Source of the DNA: an uncultured Methanomicrobiaceae archaeon
GTDB lineage: Archaea > Halobacteriota > Methanomicrobia > Methanomicrobiales > Methanoculleaceae
Assembly (NCBI GenBank): GCA_963826525.1
Contig: CAWGXH010000004.1
Location: 576,001 to 640,000, forward strand
DNA length: 64,000 bases
Direction: 5' to 3'
Positions 51,563 through 63,302 of the stretch are shown here, one piece after another. Each line of letters opens with the position of its first letter. The stretch's first letter is position 1. The translations under genes and the position numbers were made by a program. Under the pieces are notes generated by a model. It saw nothing but the letters and a program-made list of their open reading frames with translations, ran no database searches and was not told the DNA's origin.

Positions 51563-51940
51563 ATGCAGACCGAACTTGTGATCGAATGGAGACACCCTGC
51601 AGGCGATGCCGGGGCGACCTCGGTGCGGTGCGGCGAGCACGGGGTGGTGCTCCGAGGCGTCCTTGCAGAGATCGCCACGCTCCTCGAGATGGAGGGGATC
51701 ACCGTGACCGTCGTCGAGACGCCCCTCCCGAGCGCGGCGGGTGCAGGCATCCTCTTTAACGGAACGCCGCTCGAGGATCTCATCGCGGGAATGGAGATGC
51801 CCCCCGTCCCCTCATCACCCTGCGCCTCCTGCGCCGGATGCGAGGACGAGGGCGCGTGCCCCGGGGGCGAAGAGGGGGCGGTCATGGTTCCACCCGACCT
51901 CATCGGCCGGGCTGCGCTCAAGGCGCTCGGCCGGGAATGA
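51563..51940 (+). CDS. DUF2703-like protein
   Basis: LVIEWRH...T.VRCGE.G, ILFNGTPLEDL, C-terminal CASC..C; family assigned from memory of the pattern. Confidence 0.55.
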   Translation: MQTELVIEWRHPAGDAGATSVRCGEHGVVLRGVLAEIATLLEMEGITVTVVETPLPSAAGAGILFNGTPLEDLIAGMEMPPVPSSPCASCAGCEDEGACPGGEEGAVMVPPDLIGRAALKALGRE

Positions 51941-52006
51941 GCGAGGGCGACGAAAAGACTCACTCTTTTTTGCAGATTTTGAAGTGAACGGAAAAATAGG
52001 GGGCGG

Positions 52007-54082
52007 TCAGTACCCGCATGATCCGGGTCGTGGTCGAGAGCGCCGCCTCGAGCTCCTCCGGCGTTATGGCAAAACTCGTCCCGTTCCAGGTGACGGTAAG
52101 GGCGTCGCCGCCTGCCCGGCCGATGACACGGTGCTCGATGCCGGCGAGGGCGGAAGTGTCCCTGCAGGCGACCAGGAACCGGCCGTAGGTCTCGGAGAAG
52201 AGCTCCTCGATCGGATCGCCGGGAAGCTCCACCGTCGATCCCGGTGCAAGCTTCGCGAGGGCGGCAAGGAGACCGCCGCGGGAGAGATCGGTGGCGGCGG
52301 TCACGCTACCCGCCCGCACGAGATTCCGGACGGTTGCCACGATGCCCGGGTCGGCGAGAGCGGGCGCCATGCCGCCGCAACCCGTCACCGCGTCGAGGAC
52401 CGAGCCGCCGAAGTCGGGTTTAGTGGTGCCGATGAGGACGAGCAGGTCGCCGTCTCCCGCAGCCGCCCACCGCCGCACCTCATCGCTCCGCCCCGCCATA
52501 CCGAGGGATGGGGTGGGCTTGATCTGGGTCTCAAGCTCGTCGCTCTCATTGTAGAGCGAGACGTTGCCGCCGACGATCGGGATCGCCATCCGGCGTGCCA
52601 TATCCCCGAGCCCGATGACGGACTGCTCGAGCTGCCAGGCGATCTCCGGGTGGACGGGGCTTGCGAAGTTCAGACAGTTGACGATGCAGAGCGGATCCGC
52701 ACCGAGGCAGGCGAGGTTGCTTGCATTCTCGATGACCGCGTTCGCCGTCCCCTCGTAGGGTTTGAGATAGATGTGATGCGGGTTGCAGCCGCAGGAGAGG
52801 ACAAGCGCTTCTCCCTCGAGCCGGAGCACTGCGGCGTCGCCTCCGTGAGAGACTGTCCGGAGCTGGACGTCCTTATCATACTGTTCGGCCACCCAGTCCT
52901 TCCAGGCCACCTCCGGATGGGCGAGCACCCGGAGGGCGAGCTCTTTACCGGGGTTATCGGCCGGGCAAACGCAGTCTCTGCCTGATACGGCCGTGTCTCC
53001 CAGGCACAGAGGGGAGCGCCGGCGACCAGAAGGTCGATCGGAAGATCAGCGGCCGTCTCACCGTGGAACGTCACGATATACCGGGGCTCTTCGATCACCT
53101 CGCCGATATCGCTCCACCGGAGATCATACTTCTCGGCGATCGTGCCCATGAGGGCGACGTCGGCCGCCTCTACCTCAAGGAGCATCCGCTCCTGCGACTC
53201 GGCGAGCATGATCTCACGGGGCGTCATACCCGTCTCCCGGAGGTGCACGCGGTCGGCGTGGATAACGGCACCGAACGTGCTCGCCATCTCGCTTGATGCG
53301 CCGGCGAGCCCCGCCGCCCCGAGGTCGCGGCAGGCAAGCACCTTGCCGGTCTCCGCCATCTCGAGGATCGCCTCGATCAGCAGCTTCTCGGTGAAGGGAT
53401 CGCCGACCTGCACACTCGGCCGATCCTCCGCCTCGGCATCCTCCGAGAGATCCCGGGAAGCGAACGACGCCCCTCCAAGGCCGTCACGCCCGGTCGATGC
53501 CCCGACGAGGACGAGGTGGGCTCCCGGCTTCTTCACCCGGGCGGTCAGGAACCGATCGGGGCGGACGGTGCCGACACAGACGACGTTGACGAGCGGGTTT
53601 CCTGCATAGCAGGGATCGAACCCGAGCTCCCCCCGGACGACCGGAACGCCGATGCAGTTCCCGTAGTCGCCGATGCCGCTGACGACGTGCTCGAAGAGGT
53701 AGCGGTTCTTCTCCGCGTCGAGCGTCCCGAAGTAGAGCGGGTCCATAAGAGCGATCGGCCGGGCTCCCATTGAGAGGACGTCACGGACGATACCTCCGAC
53801 GCCTGTCGCAGATCCGTCGTAGGGGTCGACATAACTCGGGTGGTTGTGGCTCTCCATTCCGATGGCAATGGCACAGGTATCGCTGAACCGTACGATGGCG
53901 GCGTCGTCCCCAGGTCCGAGCAGCACCGCAGGTCCTTCCGTCGGCAGCGTCTTTAAGAGAGGACGGGTGGATCGGTAACTGCAGTGTTCACTCCAGAGGT
54001 TCTCAAAGCAGGCGATCTCGACCTCGGTCAGATCGCGCTGCAGGGTTGTTCGCAGCAGTTCAAGGTCCTGGGCCGGTAACAT
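52007..54082 (-). CDS. purL: Phosphoribosylformylglycinamidine synthase subunit PurL, frameshifts near 52940 and probably 52012
   Basis: [61 protein letters not shown]. Confidence 0.95.
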
Positions 54083-54174
54083 AGTGAAAAAAGGTGTGGC
54101 TGCTACCTACATAAGCATGTCCACGAGCACCGGCAGGCAACCTTTTATTGAGGTTTCACTGCCCATGTATACGT

Positions 54175-54792
54175 ATGACCGCCTCATACGAGGATCTTCT
54201 GAAGAAGGCCTATACCAATATCACCGAGCCGACCGCGACCGAGGAGCGGTTCACCATCCCCCCGCCGCGTGTCTTCATCGAAGGAAAGACAACCGTCCTT
54301 GAAAACTTCGCCGAGATAGCCGATACGCTCAGGCGCGACCAGGATCACCTCATGAAGCACCTCCTCTCCGAGCTCGGCACCGCCGGGAAGATCGACGGGA
54401 ACCGTGCCATATTCAGCGGAAAGTTCGAGCAGGAGCAGATCGGCACGATCATCAAGGGTTACGTAGACGATTACGTCATCTGTTCCGAGTGCGGGAAACC
54501 GGATACCCGACTCGTGAAGGATGCCCGGATTCTCATGCTCCGGTGCGACGCCTGCGGAGGGCACCGTCCGGTGCGGAAGCGGAGAGCCGCCGCCGATGCC
54601 TCGGAGTCGTCGAAACTGGCTGAAGGAGCCATTCTGGATGTCACCATCCAGTTCCTCTCGAAACGCGGCGACGGCGTGGTCAAGATGGATCGCTACACGA
54701 TGTACGTCGCGAACGCAAAACCGGGCCAGTCCGTCAAGGTCAAGATCACCAGGATCGCAGGCTCGATCGTCTTCACTGAGCGGGCCGAGTGA
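54175..54792 (+). CDS. eif2b: Translation initiation factor aIF-2 beta with C-terminal TRAM domain
   Basis: [38 protein letters not shown] segment KRGDGV. Confidence 0.93.
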   Translation: MTASYEDLLKKAYTNITEPTATEERFTIPPPRVFIEGKTTVLENFAEIADTLRRDQDHLMKHLLSELGTAGKIDGNRAIFSGKFEQEQIGTIIKGYVDDYVICSECGKPDTRLVKDARILMLRCDACGGHRPVRKRRAAADASESSKLAEGAILDVTIQFLSKRGDGVVKMDRYTMYVANAKPGQSVKVKITRIAGSIVFTERAE

Positions 54793-55410
54793 TCAGGGTT
54801 TCCTGATCTCGACCCACCATCCTGCCTCTTCTTCCCGGATGCAGTACACGGCAACGCCGCTTTCTTCGAGTTCTTCCATAAGAAGGGACTCTGGCAGGCT
54901 GCCGCTCCGGCGCTGTATATCCTCATCCCAGCGCGGGTTTTTGCGCCGCATCTTTGCAAAGATCGCTTCGCGGAGCGGAGCGGATCCGAAGCTTCCCCCG
55001 ATGTAGGCGACGCCGCCGGGAGAGAGCAGCCGCTCGATCTCGGCAAATGCATGGGCCCGGTCGGCCCAGAAGAAGAGTGACCCGCGGCTGACGGCAAGGG
55101 CGATGGTGCCGGACTTCACCGGCATGGTGTGCACATCGGCGACGATCGGGTCGACGAGCGATTCTACCCCGCTCCCAGCAGTGTTCTCCCGGGTGAAGAG
55201 CGCCATCGCCGGGTCACTGTCGAGCGCGATGCAGGGCAGCCCGCTTTCCCGGGCAAGAGCGATGGCGAGGAGGCCCGGACCGCTGCCGATATCCATACAG
55301 CGGCCGCTCCGTATCCCCGACCAGCCAAGGAGGCGGTGGGCGATGACGGGGTAGATCGGGGCGAAGACCTCCCGGGCGATCCGGTTGAAGCCTTCGGCGC
55401 TCTTCTGCAT
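54793..55410 (-). CDS. Class I SAM-dependent methyltransferase
   Basis: MDIGSGPG, ADVHTMP, VSRGSLFFW, LSPGG. Confidence 0.88.
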   Translation of the reverse strand: MQKSAEGFNRIAREVFAPIYPVIAHRLLGWSGIRSGRCMDIGSGPGLLAIALARESGLPCIALDSDPAMALFTRENTAGSGVESLVDPIVADVHTMPVKSGTIALAVSRGSLFFWADRAHAFAEIERLLSPGGVAYIGGSFGSAPLREAIFAKMRRKNPRWDEDIQRRSGSLPESLLMEELEESGVAVYCIREEEAGWWVEIRKP

Positions 55411-55419
55411 ACGCCCGGA

Positions 55420-55704
55420 TTACTTGGCGTTGATCGCCGCGAGCTCGCGAAGCAGTCCTGAGGCATAGCCGGAGAGCCTTTTTGCAGCATCCTGCACCGC
55501 ATCGAGCGGAGCGCGATCACCCTTTGTGGTGACGATGAGTTCGGGGTCGGAGAACTTGAACGGCTGCTTGTACTGCGCTACGTCCACGGCAGGGTCTTTC
55601 AGCAGCTCGTCGGTGAGGGCATTCATATAGGTGTTGCCTTCGCCTTCGAAGAGAATCCGTGCCTTCTTCTCCTCTAGCTCCAGAACTTTGATCTTAATGG
55701 CCAT
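55420..55704 (-). CDS. rpoL: DNA-directed RNA polymerase subunit L (Rpo11)
   Basis: IKVLELEEKKARILFEGEGNTYMNALTDELL.DP.VDVA.Y, SDPELIVTT. Confidence 0.88.
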   Translation of the reverse strand: MAIKIKVLELEEKKARILFEGEGNTYMNALTDELLKDPAVDVAQYKQPFKFSDPELIVTTKGDRAPLDAVQDAAKRLSGYASGLLRELAAINAK

Positions 55705-55817
55705 ATGTACCCTAGGTATGGGGAGCGGAATTCCCATATACGTATGGGTCAGGCCCGCCGGGATGACAGGTCACCGTTTCCGGGGCGGGGCGACACCCGC
55801 ATCACCGGAAACTACCC

Positions 55818-56540
55818 CTACCACCGGAAGCATTCCATATCGTAGCCGGCATGGGGCATCCCGAACGGCACCAGGTGGCTCATATGGACGACCCGGTAGT
55901 CCCGGGCGCCGACCGATTCCGCGAGCCCGACGGCATCGGCGTAGTTCATGTGCTTGTGAATGGAGTAGCCGGCAGGGGCGATGCCGTCGACGAGGAGAAG
56001 GTCTACGCCGCAGAGGAGGTCGCGACTCTTCTCCGGGATATCGAGCCTGGTATCGGAGGTGTAGGCGATCCGAACGCTGTTGTGCTCAAGAAGGATGCCG
56101 ACGGTGTAGACCGACGGGTGGTTGACGGGAAAAAAGGTGCACCGGACGCCGAAGAGGTCGAAGGGAGTGTATGCCTCGACGGGATGCTGCGGAAGCGGGA
56201 GGAAGTGGAAAAACTGCGTGCAGTACCTCCATCACCGGCGGGGGAGCGTAGACGGGCGGCATCCCCTGCACCCGGTAGAACTCGCCGTAGCCGACGAAGT
56301 GGTCGTAGTGGCCGTGTGTCCAGACGACGGCGTCGATGTGAGGGGAGCATGCCCGCAGGAGCTGCTGGCGGAGGTCAGGCGAGGTGTCGATGAGGATATG
56401 TCTGCCCCCGACCTCGAGGAGCAGTGATGTCCGGAGGCGCGTCCTCCCCGACTCGAAGGCCGCACGGCAGGTCTCGCAGGCACACCCAATCTTCGGTGTC
56501 CCGATGGCGTCGCCGGTGCCGAGGAGCGTGAGGATCAGTA
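55818..56540 (-). CDS. PhnP-like metallo-beta-lactamase fold hydrolase, frameshifted
   Basis: LTLLGTGDAIGTP..GC.C..C, RLRTS, IDTSPDLR, THGHYDH, VNH, YTSDT, KHM, HMSH; shift near 56225; start ATG appears corrupted by an indel. Confidence 0.85.
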
Positions 56541-57835
56541 CGTACGCCGGGCCAGTGCCCCGGATCACATTCCGCTCCTCGACCCGGAGCAGCCCTTGTT
56601 CGATGTCGACGGGCTCGAATCCGGCGGCGGTGCTCCATCAGTGCGGAGATTATCGCTTCTTTCATCATCATCCGGAGGTCGGAGCCCGAGAAACCCTCAG
56701 TCCGTGCGGCGAGGTCGGAAAAGTCGCAGGTGCAGTCGACGGAGGAGCCGACCTTCTCGAGGATCTGCCGGCGCATCTCCTCGTCGGGGAGCGGGAACTC
56801 GACGATATCGTCGAAGCGCCGCCACGCCGCCTCGTCGAGCAGCCGGGGGTGGTTCGTTGCGCCGATTAAGAGGACGCCGTTCTTCACGAAACTGATCTGG
56901 TCGATGTTCTTGAGGAGCATATTGACCGCCCGCTTCATGGCACCGTGATCGTCGGAGATGCGGGTCTTTGCGACGAAGTCGAACTCGTCGATGAAGAGTA
57001 TGCAGGGCGAGAGTTTCCTGGCGAGTTCGAAGATCCGGTCAATGTTCTTCGAGGTCTCGCCGAGGTACTGGGAGGTGACCATGGCAAGCCGGACTTCGAG
57101 GAGGGGCATGTGGAGTTCGCGGGACATCGCAAGCGCGAGCGACGTCTTCCCGGTGCCGGGCGGGCCGACGAAGAGGAGCCTGCCGAACTCGTAGATCCCC
57201 CGCGCCCTGAGGAAGTCTCGATTCTCAAGGGCGATGCCGATCTTCTGGATGGCTTCCATCTGCCGGGGCGTGCAGACCAGCCTGTCGAGAGAGAACTCGA
57301 TCTCGTCGGGGGCGTTGATGATGATGAGGTCGCGCGCCTCCCGCATCTCCTCGCTCTCCCCGACAACCCGCGAAACCCGGGCATCTAAGTACTCCTTCGT
57401 ATCCTCGAACCGGAAGTTATGCTTCCGGACATCCTGATAACTGACGGAGATGGAGTCTTTTCCCTCAAAGAAGTATGCAAGAACCGGGTTCTTCTCTATC
57501 CGGGGGGCTCCTCCCTTCTTGATAAACCAGACGGTCGCAGGGTCGAGCGAGGTGACGGAGAGACGCTGCCCGAACTCTTCATACCCGACGAAAGGGTTCT
57601 TCCGGATCGCCTGGACGGCGGCATCGTCACCATCGAAGACCTTCCTGATCGCCCCTTCGCTCACGAGCAGGGGGCGCTTGACCTCCGGGCTGCCTCCGCT
57701 ACCGGCACCGAAAAATCGCCGGATCTGCGGGTTTAGATCGTTTATGTCGAGATCCTGGTTTTTATTGAAGATCTCCGCCGTGAGCAGAATCTCCATGATA
57801 CCAAGGACGTCGCTGCTTCTCTCTTGGCTGGACAT
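56536..57835 (-). CDS. AAA+ ATPase, 1 frameshift near 56618
   Basis: GPPGTGKT, LFIDEFD, GATNHP..LD.AAWRRFD, TEGFSGSDL. Confidence 0.9.
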
Positions 57836-57878
57836 AGGTCTGAACGAATATATGGGCGCGCGGGATCGATAAGCGTAG

Positions 57879-58754
57879 CTACCGGGTGGTGACGGTGCAT
57901 CCGTCTTCGATGACGATCAGGGTATGCTCCGCCTGCGAGACGAACGAGCCCGGTGTATCGTGGAGAACCGGGTAGGACTGGAGCGTCTGCGACCGCACAA
58001 GGCTCGCGAGGCCGATATCGACCTTATCCGTGTGCACCCAGCGGCGGGCGAACGGGAGGCCGCGGGACGACCTCGCCACCTCGAGGATGCGTTTTGCCGA
58101 GGGGAGCCGGGCGGGTTTCGTCGAGATCTGCCGGAAGATCTCGGCCCGCGCGCGTTCGGTGACCCGGCCGCTCCCGGTCGTAGCGAACGGTTCGATGGCG
58201 ACGACCATCCCCTCCTCAAGGACGGGGCCGCCGGCGGTGGCGATGTTCGGGATGTTCGAGCCTGCGTGGAGATCGAAGCGGCCAAGGCCGTGGCCGGTGA
58301 GGTTTGCAACCGGCTTATAGCCGAGCGCCTCTATCTCGCGCTGGATCGCGGCACCGATCTCGCCGGCGGTTATGCCCGGCCGTACCGTCGCGATCGCCGC
58401 ATCGAGGGCGTTTTTCGATGCCGCGACGAGCGATGCGTGGTTGCCGAGATCGACGGTCAGTGCCGTGTCGGCGATGTAGCCGTCGAGGTGCACCCCGAGG
58501 TCGACCTTGACGAGGTCACCCCGGGCGAAGAGACGCTCATCTCCCGGTGCGGCGGTGTCGTGGGCGGCATCCTCGTTGAAGGAGACGTTCAGGGGAAACG
58601 CAAGCGCTCCCCCCTCTTCGATCACCAGTCCTTCGACATGCTCAACCATCTCAAGGAGCCCCGCTCCCTCGCGCACCCTCTCCGCTCCGCGCCGGAGCGC
58701 CTTCGCTGCCAGCGCTCCTGCCTCTCTATACAGGTCATATTCCTCGCTCTTCAT
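57879..58754 (-). CDS. map: Type II methionine aminopeptidase
   Basis: AFPLNVS.NEDAAH, KVDLGVHLDGYIADTA, NLTGHG, AIEPFAT, SQAEHT. Confidence 0.95.
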   Translation of the reverse strand: MKSEEYDLYREAGALAAKALRRGAERVREGAGLLEMVEHVEGLVIEEGGALAFPLNVSFNEDAAHDTAAPGDERLFARGDLVKVDLGVHLDGYIADTALTVDLGNHASLVAASKNALDAAIATVRPGITAGEIGAAIQREIEALGYKPVANLTGHGLGRFDLHAGSNIPNIATAGGPVLEEGMVVAIEPFATTGSGRVTERARAEIFRQISTKPARLPSAKRILEVARSSRGLPFARRWVHTDKVDIGLASLVRSQTLQSYPVLHDTPGSFVSQAEHTLIVIEDGCTVTTR

Positions 58755-59879
58755 AGTATAAGCTCCATTGGATACCGCGTGAACCGGTCAAAACCGTCCG
58801 CGCTCACCGCCCCCATATCCTCGAGGCGTACACCGCCGATCCCTTTGTAGTAGAGACCGGGTTCGATCGTCACTACGTTGCCGGCGATAAGGGTCTCGCC
58901 CGTGGGCCCGAGAGAGGGCTGCTCGTGGACGTCGAGCCCGACGCCGTGACCGAGGCTGTGGATGAAACCCTGGGTGTCGGTCGCATACCCACGTTCACGG
59001 AAGAACTCGACCACCCGCTGATAGAGATCCCCACCGCCGGCGCCGGGTCGAACCAGAGACGATGCCATCTCATGAGCGTCACGCACCGCCTCGTACATCT
59101 CGCGGATCTCGGGGGAGGGCTCTCCCCATACCACTGTGCGGGTCATATCGGCGTGATACCCGCTCTTTTCGTCCTGCGGGAAGATATCGATGACGATCGG
59201 CTCTCCTGCAAGAAGCGGCCCGCTCCCGGTATGGTGAGGGGACGCGGTGTCGGGGCCGCAGGCGACGATCGTTTCCCTCGCCACGCACCCGAACCCGAAG
59301 AGCAGACAGTGCATCTCCGCCCTGACCCGCTCGGAGGTGAGCGGTTCGCCGCCGTGATGGAGGACGCCGTCCACGGGGCGGGCGCTCCTGATCAGGGTGA
59401 CCGCCCGGTCCATCGCGGCCTCGGTGGCACGCTGCACCGACCGGATACTGCTCAAGCTCCTCCGGAGATTTGACCGCACGCATCGCCTCGACCGTACCGG
59501 CATCGAGCATGACCGGCACAAACCTCTCGATCTCGCGGGCAAGCCCGAGCGGGAAGCGCTCCGGCACCAGCACCGCCCCTCCTGCCAGATCTCCAATCAT
59601 GCGGGCGGTCGCCTCAGTCCGGCTCGCCCCGTCTTTGAGGTATTCGAAGAATCCTGCGTCGGACCGGGTGAGGACCGCGGCGCCGGATTCGCGCACCGCC
59701 CGCTCGTACTCCATCTGCGGTACGATCAGCATTCCCCGCTCACCGGGCTTTTTGATGAAGACCACCGGGTCGGTCGTCGTAAATCGGGTCAGGTAGCGCA
59801 CGTTCGCATCCGCCGACGGTCCGTACGCGACGTATGCGCACGCCCCCGCATCTCTGATCGCCGTATCCAGCATAGTCAT
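58751..59879 (-). CDS. M24B Xaa-Pro peptidase, 1 frameshift near 59450
   Basis: Creatinase-like N-domain, PHH, IDIFP, YHADMTRT, HSLGHGVGLDVHEQP, TIEPGLY, GVRLED. Confidence 0.9.
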
Positions 59880-59935
59880 CCCATTCTCTCTTCCGGTGAA
59901 ACCACAAGTACTTTTACCATCATGTTCAAGTATGA

Positions 59936-60172
59936 ATGATGGATGAGGCAACCAAACAGGTCTTCAAAGGGAAGTTCGTCATCCTTACGGTGATGCTGAA
60001 TATTATCATCCTCTGTGTTGCGATGGGCGCCTTTATACTCTTCCGGTACTCGTCGAGCACCGCCGCGATCGCCCTCGGCGTCGTGCTGCTCGCCGTCGCG
60101 CTGGTCTCATTGCTCTCGTTCCGGAAACGCTACGGCGCGACGAAACTCTGGCTCGACGAGCACGCATCGTGA
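59936..60172 (+). CDS. Small 2-TM membrane protein
   Basis: Two hydrophobic helices, C-terminal Y..TK.WL.EH. Confidence 0.7.
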   Translation: MMDEATKQVFKGKFVILTVMLNIIILCVAMGAFILFRYSSSTAAIALGVVLLAVALVSLLSFRKRYGATKLWLDEHAS

Positions 60173-60178
60173 GGCGGC

Positions 60179-60514
60179 ATGGGGCAGAACGACAGCAGCG
60201 GGAGTCCGGCAGGTATGCTTGAGAAACTGAAGTCCGAGATTGAACTCGTAACCCGGCACCTGCAGGTGATACGGGCGGTCGCCGAGCACCAGCCGATCGG
60301 GATTATGAAACTCTCGGACATCCTCGACCTTCCCTATCACCGTGTCCGCTACTCGCTGCGTATCCTCGAGCAGGAAGGCTACATTCGCGCGTCGCCGGCA
60401 GGAGCGGTGGCGACCCCGCGTGCCGAAGAGTTGATCCGGGCTCTGGACGGTCAGGTCGACGACCTCATCGGGCTCCTGCAGACCCTCAGGGAGGAGAATT
60501 CCCGCAATCTTTAA
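60179..60514 (+). CDS. Winged-helix conserved archaeal protein
   Basis: RHLQVI..V.EHQPIGIMKLS, HRVRYSLRILEQEGYIRASPAGA. Confidence 0.8.
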   Translation: MGQNDSSGSPAGMLEKLKSEIELVTRHLQVIRAVAEHQPIGIMKLSDILDLPYHRVRYSLRILEQEGYIRASPAGAVATPRAEELIRALDGQVDDLIGLLQTLREENSRNL

Positions 60515-60551
60515 TAGGCTTGCCGCAGACCTTAATAGAGCACTTTGTTGT

Positions 60552-60624
60552 GCCGCCATAACTCAGTTGGTAGAGTGGCTGGCTGTTAACCAGCATGTCA
60601 CAGGTTCGAGTCCTGTTGGCGGCG
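60552..60624 (+). tRNA. tRNA-Asn (GTT), no intron, CCA not encoded
   Basis: Acceptor GCCGCCA/TGGCGGC, D-arm ACTCAGTTGGTAGAGT, anticodon loop CT-GTT-AA (GTT at 60585-60587), T-arm ACAGGTTCGAGTCCTGT. Confidence 0.97.
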
Positions 60625-60740
60625 TCCTGGAGTCGGATTCGATTCCTTTGCTTATTTTGTGTACTATTTCCCTGACGACCTTCCGTGCCCAGCGTAGCCT
60701 GGCCGCACCCGGAAGGCTATGAGGAGGCCCTGCTCCCCGG

Positions 60741-61778
60741 TCAGAGTTTCGGGACCGTGCATTCGGAGCAGAGCGGTATGGCCTGCCCGGAGAGCTTCGC
60801 TCTGCGGAAAGCCACGTATTTTTCGCCGTTCCAGATCTCTGAAAAATTCTCTTTCAGAATATTGCCGAAATTGAACTTCTCAGGGTCCGGATAGCACGAA
60901 CAGGGCACCGCATATCCATCGACGGTGATATAGCAGGATCTGAAGGCGTTTCTGCAGAGCCGCACGTCCTCGTGCAGATACGGGGGAATATCAGTGCCGA
61001 TAACTCCTCCATTCCGCAGGCCGAACCACTCAAACGGGATTCCATACTCTGTAGCCCGTCGTGCCGCCTCACGCAGAACGGTTCTGGTGCTCTCCGGATT
61101 CTCGCTCAACTTCAGGCCGGCCATGCGCTGATCCAGAACGTCTTCTCCAAAGACCAGGGCCTCCTGGGCAAACACGCGGTCAATCCCCCACTCGTGCGCC
61201 GTCGTAACAACATCCGGGAGATCGTGAATATTCTCTGTCGTCCCCGTGAACATAAATGCGAGCCGTGGTTTCCCGGGCTCCCGCCGATGCTCCATCAAAG
61301 TCTGCACGCTCCTACGGATGGTGTCAAAGCAGGAGCCCCTCCGTATCCTCTCAAAGGTGGAGGGAGAAGATGAATCGAAGGATACCGTCACCGAATCTAT
61401 CCCGGATGCAACCAGCTGACGAGCAACGGATTCATCGATAAGCATGGCATTCGTTGTTGTCCCGACGGCGATGCCGCGGCCTGTACAGTCGTGCACCATT
61501 TGCAAGAGATCCCTGCAGAGGAGCGGTTCCCCGATACCCTGGAGATGGATTCGCTTCAGATAGGGAAACTGCTCTACAATCTTCACGAAATCTGAAAACA
61601 GTAAGTCCATTCCTCCTCTGCTCCAGACAGAGTGCTCACAGAAAGGGCAGGAGAGATTGCACCGGGTTGTGGGTTCAATCTGAATTGTATCCGGTTGTGA
61701 AACCAGTCGTGTAAGCCCAAGTATCTGTTCGACCCTCCGGAGGAGGAGGTTGGTGAGATATGGTAATCGTCCATACAA
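60741..61778 (-). CDS. Radical SAM protein with C-terminal SPASM/twitch-like domain
   Basis: CNLSCPFC, GIGEPLL, TTNA, VSFD, C....SCYITVDG.AVPCSC, FGNI, IWN, CSEC. Confidence 0.88.
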   Translation of the reverse strand: MYGRLPYLTNLLLRRVEQILGLTRLVSQPDTIQIEPTTRCNLSCPFCEHSVWSRGGMDLLFSDFVKIVEQFPYLKRIHLQGIGEPLLCRDLLQMVHDCTGRGIAVGTTTNAMLIDESVARQLVASGIDSVTVSFDSSSPSTFERIRRGSCFDTIRRSVQTLMEHRREPGKPRLAFMFTGTTENIHDLPDVVTTAHEWGIDRVFAQEALVFGEDVLDQRMAGLKLSENPESTRTVLREAARRATEYGIPFEWFGLRNGGVIGTDIPPYLHEDVRLCRNAFRSCYITVDGYAVPCSCYPDPEKFNFGNILKENFSEIWNGEKYVAFRRAKLSGQAIPLCSECTVPKL

Positions 61779-61863
61779 AGCCAGACCCCCGGTGCTCCCA
61801 GTAAACCTGACTAAGAAACATATACTTTCCGATCACGCAAGCGGCACCCTGAGGGGGCAGGTG

Positions 61864-62506
61864 CTACCGCCCTGACGCCCGCTCTTCGTAGCAGGGGATG
61901 CAGACCCGCTCCCCGTCGAGCATGCGCATCTTCGCATCGGCGACCGGCTCACCGCAGCAGGCGCAGGCGATCGACGCGAAGATCCGCGCCGTCTGCGGCG
62001 GCTCGACGGAGACTTCCCGGACGGCAACGACGCTCTCTTCGGGCAGGGTGAGAATCTGCTCCGTCACCGCCTGCATCAGTTCGTAGAACCGCTTGCTGCT
62101 CGTCGTCGGTCGCGTTGTCGGAGAAGACCTTCTTGCGGAGGTCGTCCATCTCTGACCGCTCCGGAATATCCGGATTGCAGACCAGAACACGGACAGCCCG
62201 TCCGCTCTCCCGGCTGATGAAAGTGAAGACGTGCTTTCCGTAATCCCTGATGAACAGGTTGCCCTTTCCGGCGGTACAGCCGGTGACCATCTGGATGGCA
62301 TCGACGCCGCATGCGTCCGTCTCCGCGATCGCGACCAGTTCCTCATCATACGGCCTTGCGACCCCAAGCGCCTTCATCGCGGCAAGGGATGCCCGGTAGC
62401 CGGTGGCAAGGCCGGGACATGCATGACCGTGGAACGTTACGCACTCCTCGAAGGAGGGATAGGAAAATCCGGGTGATCCGGAATCATTCTGACACATAGA
62501 TAACAA
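61864..62506 (-). CDS. FmdE-family protein with C-terminal zinc finger, 1 frameshift near 62093
   Basis: FHGHACPGLATGYR, ETDACGVDAIQ..TGCT.GKGNL, CACCGE...CIPC; start uncertain. Confidence 0.88.
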
Positions 62507-62537
62507 CTCGTCGTTTCTGAATTTGAGTCTTATTCAA

Positions 62538-63302
62538 TCAGCTATTCCCAATCTCGGGGACGACGCATCGAACGCCACCGAGTTCGCCGATGATCACCGG
62601 CAGGCCGTAGACATCCCGGATAATATCGGAGGTGATCCCATCGTGCCCGCCGCAGTGGTGCACCTTCCCGTCCTTCAGGAAGATGAACCGGTCGGCAAAC
62701 CGGAGGGCCTGGTTGAGGTCGTGCATGGTCATCACCGCCGCGATGTTATGCTGTCGGACGACGTCCACGATCGTGGTCAGGATCTCGACCTGGTTCTTCA
62801 GGTCGAGGCTGCTCGTCGGTTCATCGAGGAGGAGGACCTTCGGTTCCTGCACCAGCGCCCGGCCGATAGCGATCTTCTGCAGTTCCCCACCGCTCATCTC
62901 GTCGATGTAGGCGAGGCGGAGGTGATTCATGGAGAGGCGGTGGAAAATGGCGTCCACGATCGCCAGGTCACGCTCGGTGACATCCCAGCCGATATGGGGG
63001 CGACGGCCGAGGAGGACCGCATCGAACGCGGTCAGCCTGCCGGTCTCGACCCGCTGGGGGACATAGCCGACCCGGCGTGCGATCTCCATGATATCCAGCG
63101 TGACCAGGTCCTCCTCACCCAGGTAGACGGTTCCTCTCCGGGGGTGAAGGATGCGATTGAGGCATTTTAAGAGCGTCGTCTTCCCCACGCCGTTCGGGCC
63201 GAGGATGGCCACGACCTGTCCCGGCTCGATGGTGAATGCGATCTCCTGGAGCACCTCCCGGTTCCGGTAGAGGAACTCGAGGTTCTCGACGGAGAGGATC
63301 AT
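62538..63302 (-). CDS. Iron-chelate/cobalamin-type ABC transporter ATP-binding protein
   Basis: GPNGVGKTT, GYVPQ, MSGGELQK, LLDEPT, MHDLN. Confidence 0.9.
   Translation of the reverse strand: MILSVENLEFLYRNREVLQEIAFTIEPGQVVAILGPNGVGKTTLLKCLNRILHPRRGTVYLGEEDLVTLDIMEIARRVGYVPQRVETGRLTAFDAVLLGRRPHIGWDVTERDLAIVDAIFHRLSMNHLRLAYIDEMSGGELQKIAIGRALVQEPKVLLLDEPTSSLDLKNQVEILTTIVDVVRQHNIAAVMTMHDLNQALRFADRFIFLKDGKVHHCGGHDGITSDIIRDVYGLPVIIGELGGVRCVVPEIGNS

Noticed and set aside
55818-57835. Apparent AAA+ ATPase/MBL hydrolase fusion after correcting one frameshift
   Set aside because: The junction GTACGTACTGATC contains error-prone motifs; removing one base gives an ordinary ATGA stop/start overlap (MILTLLGTG)
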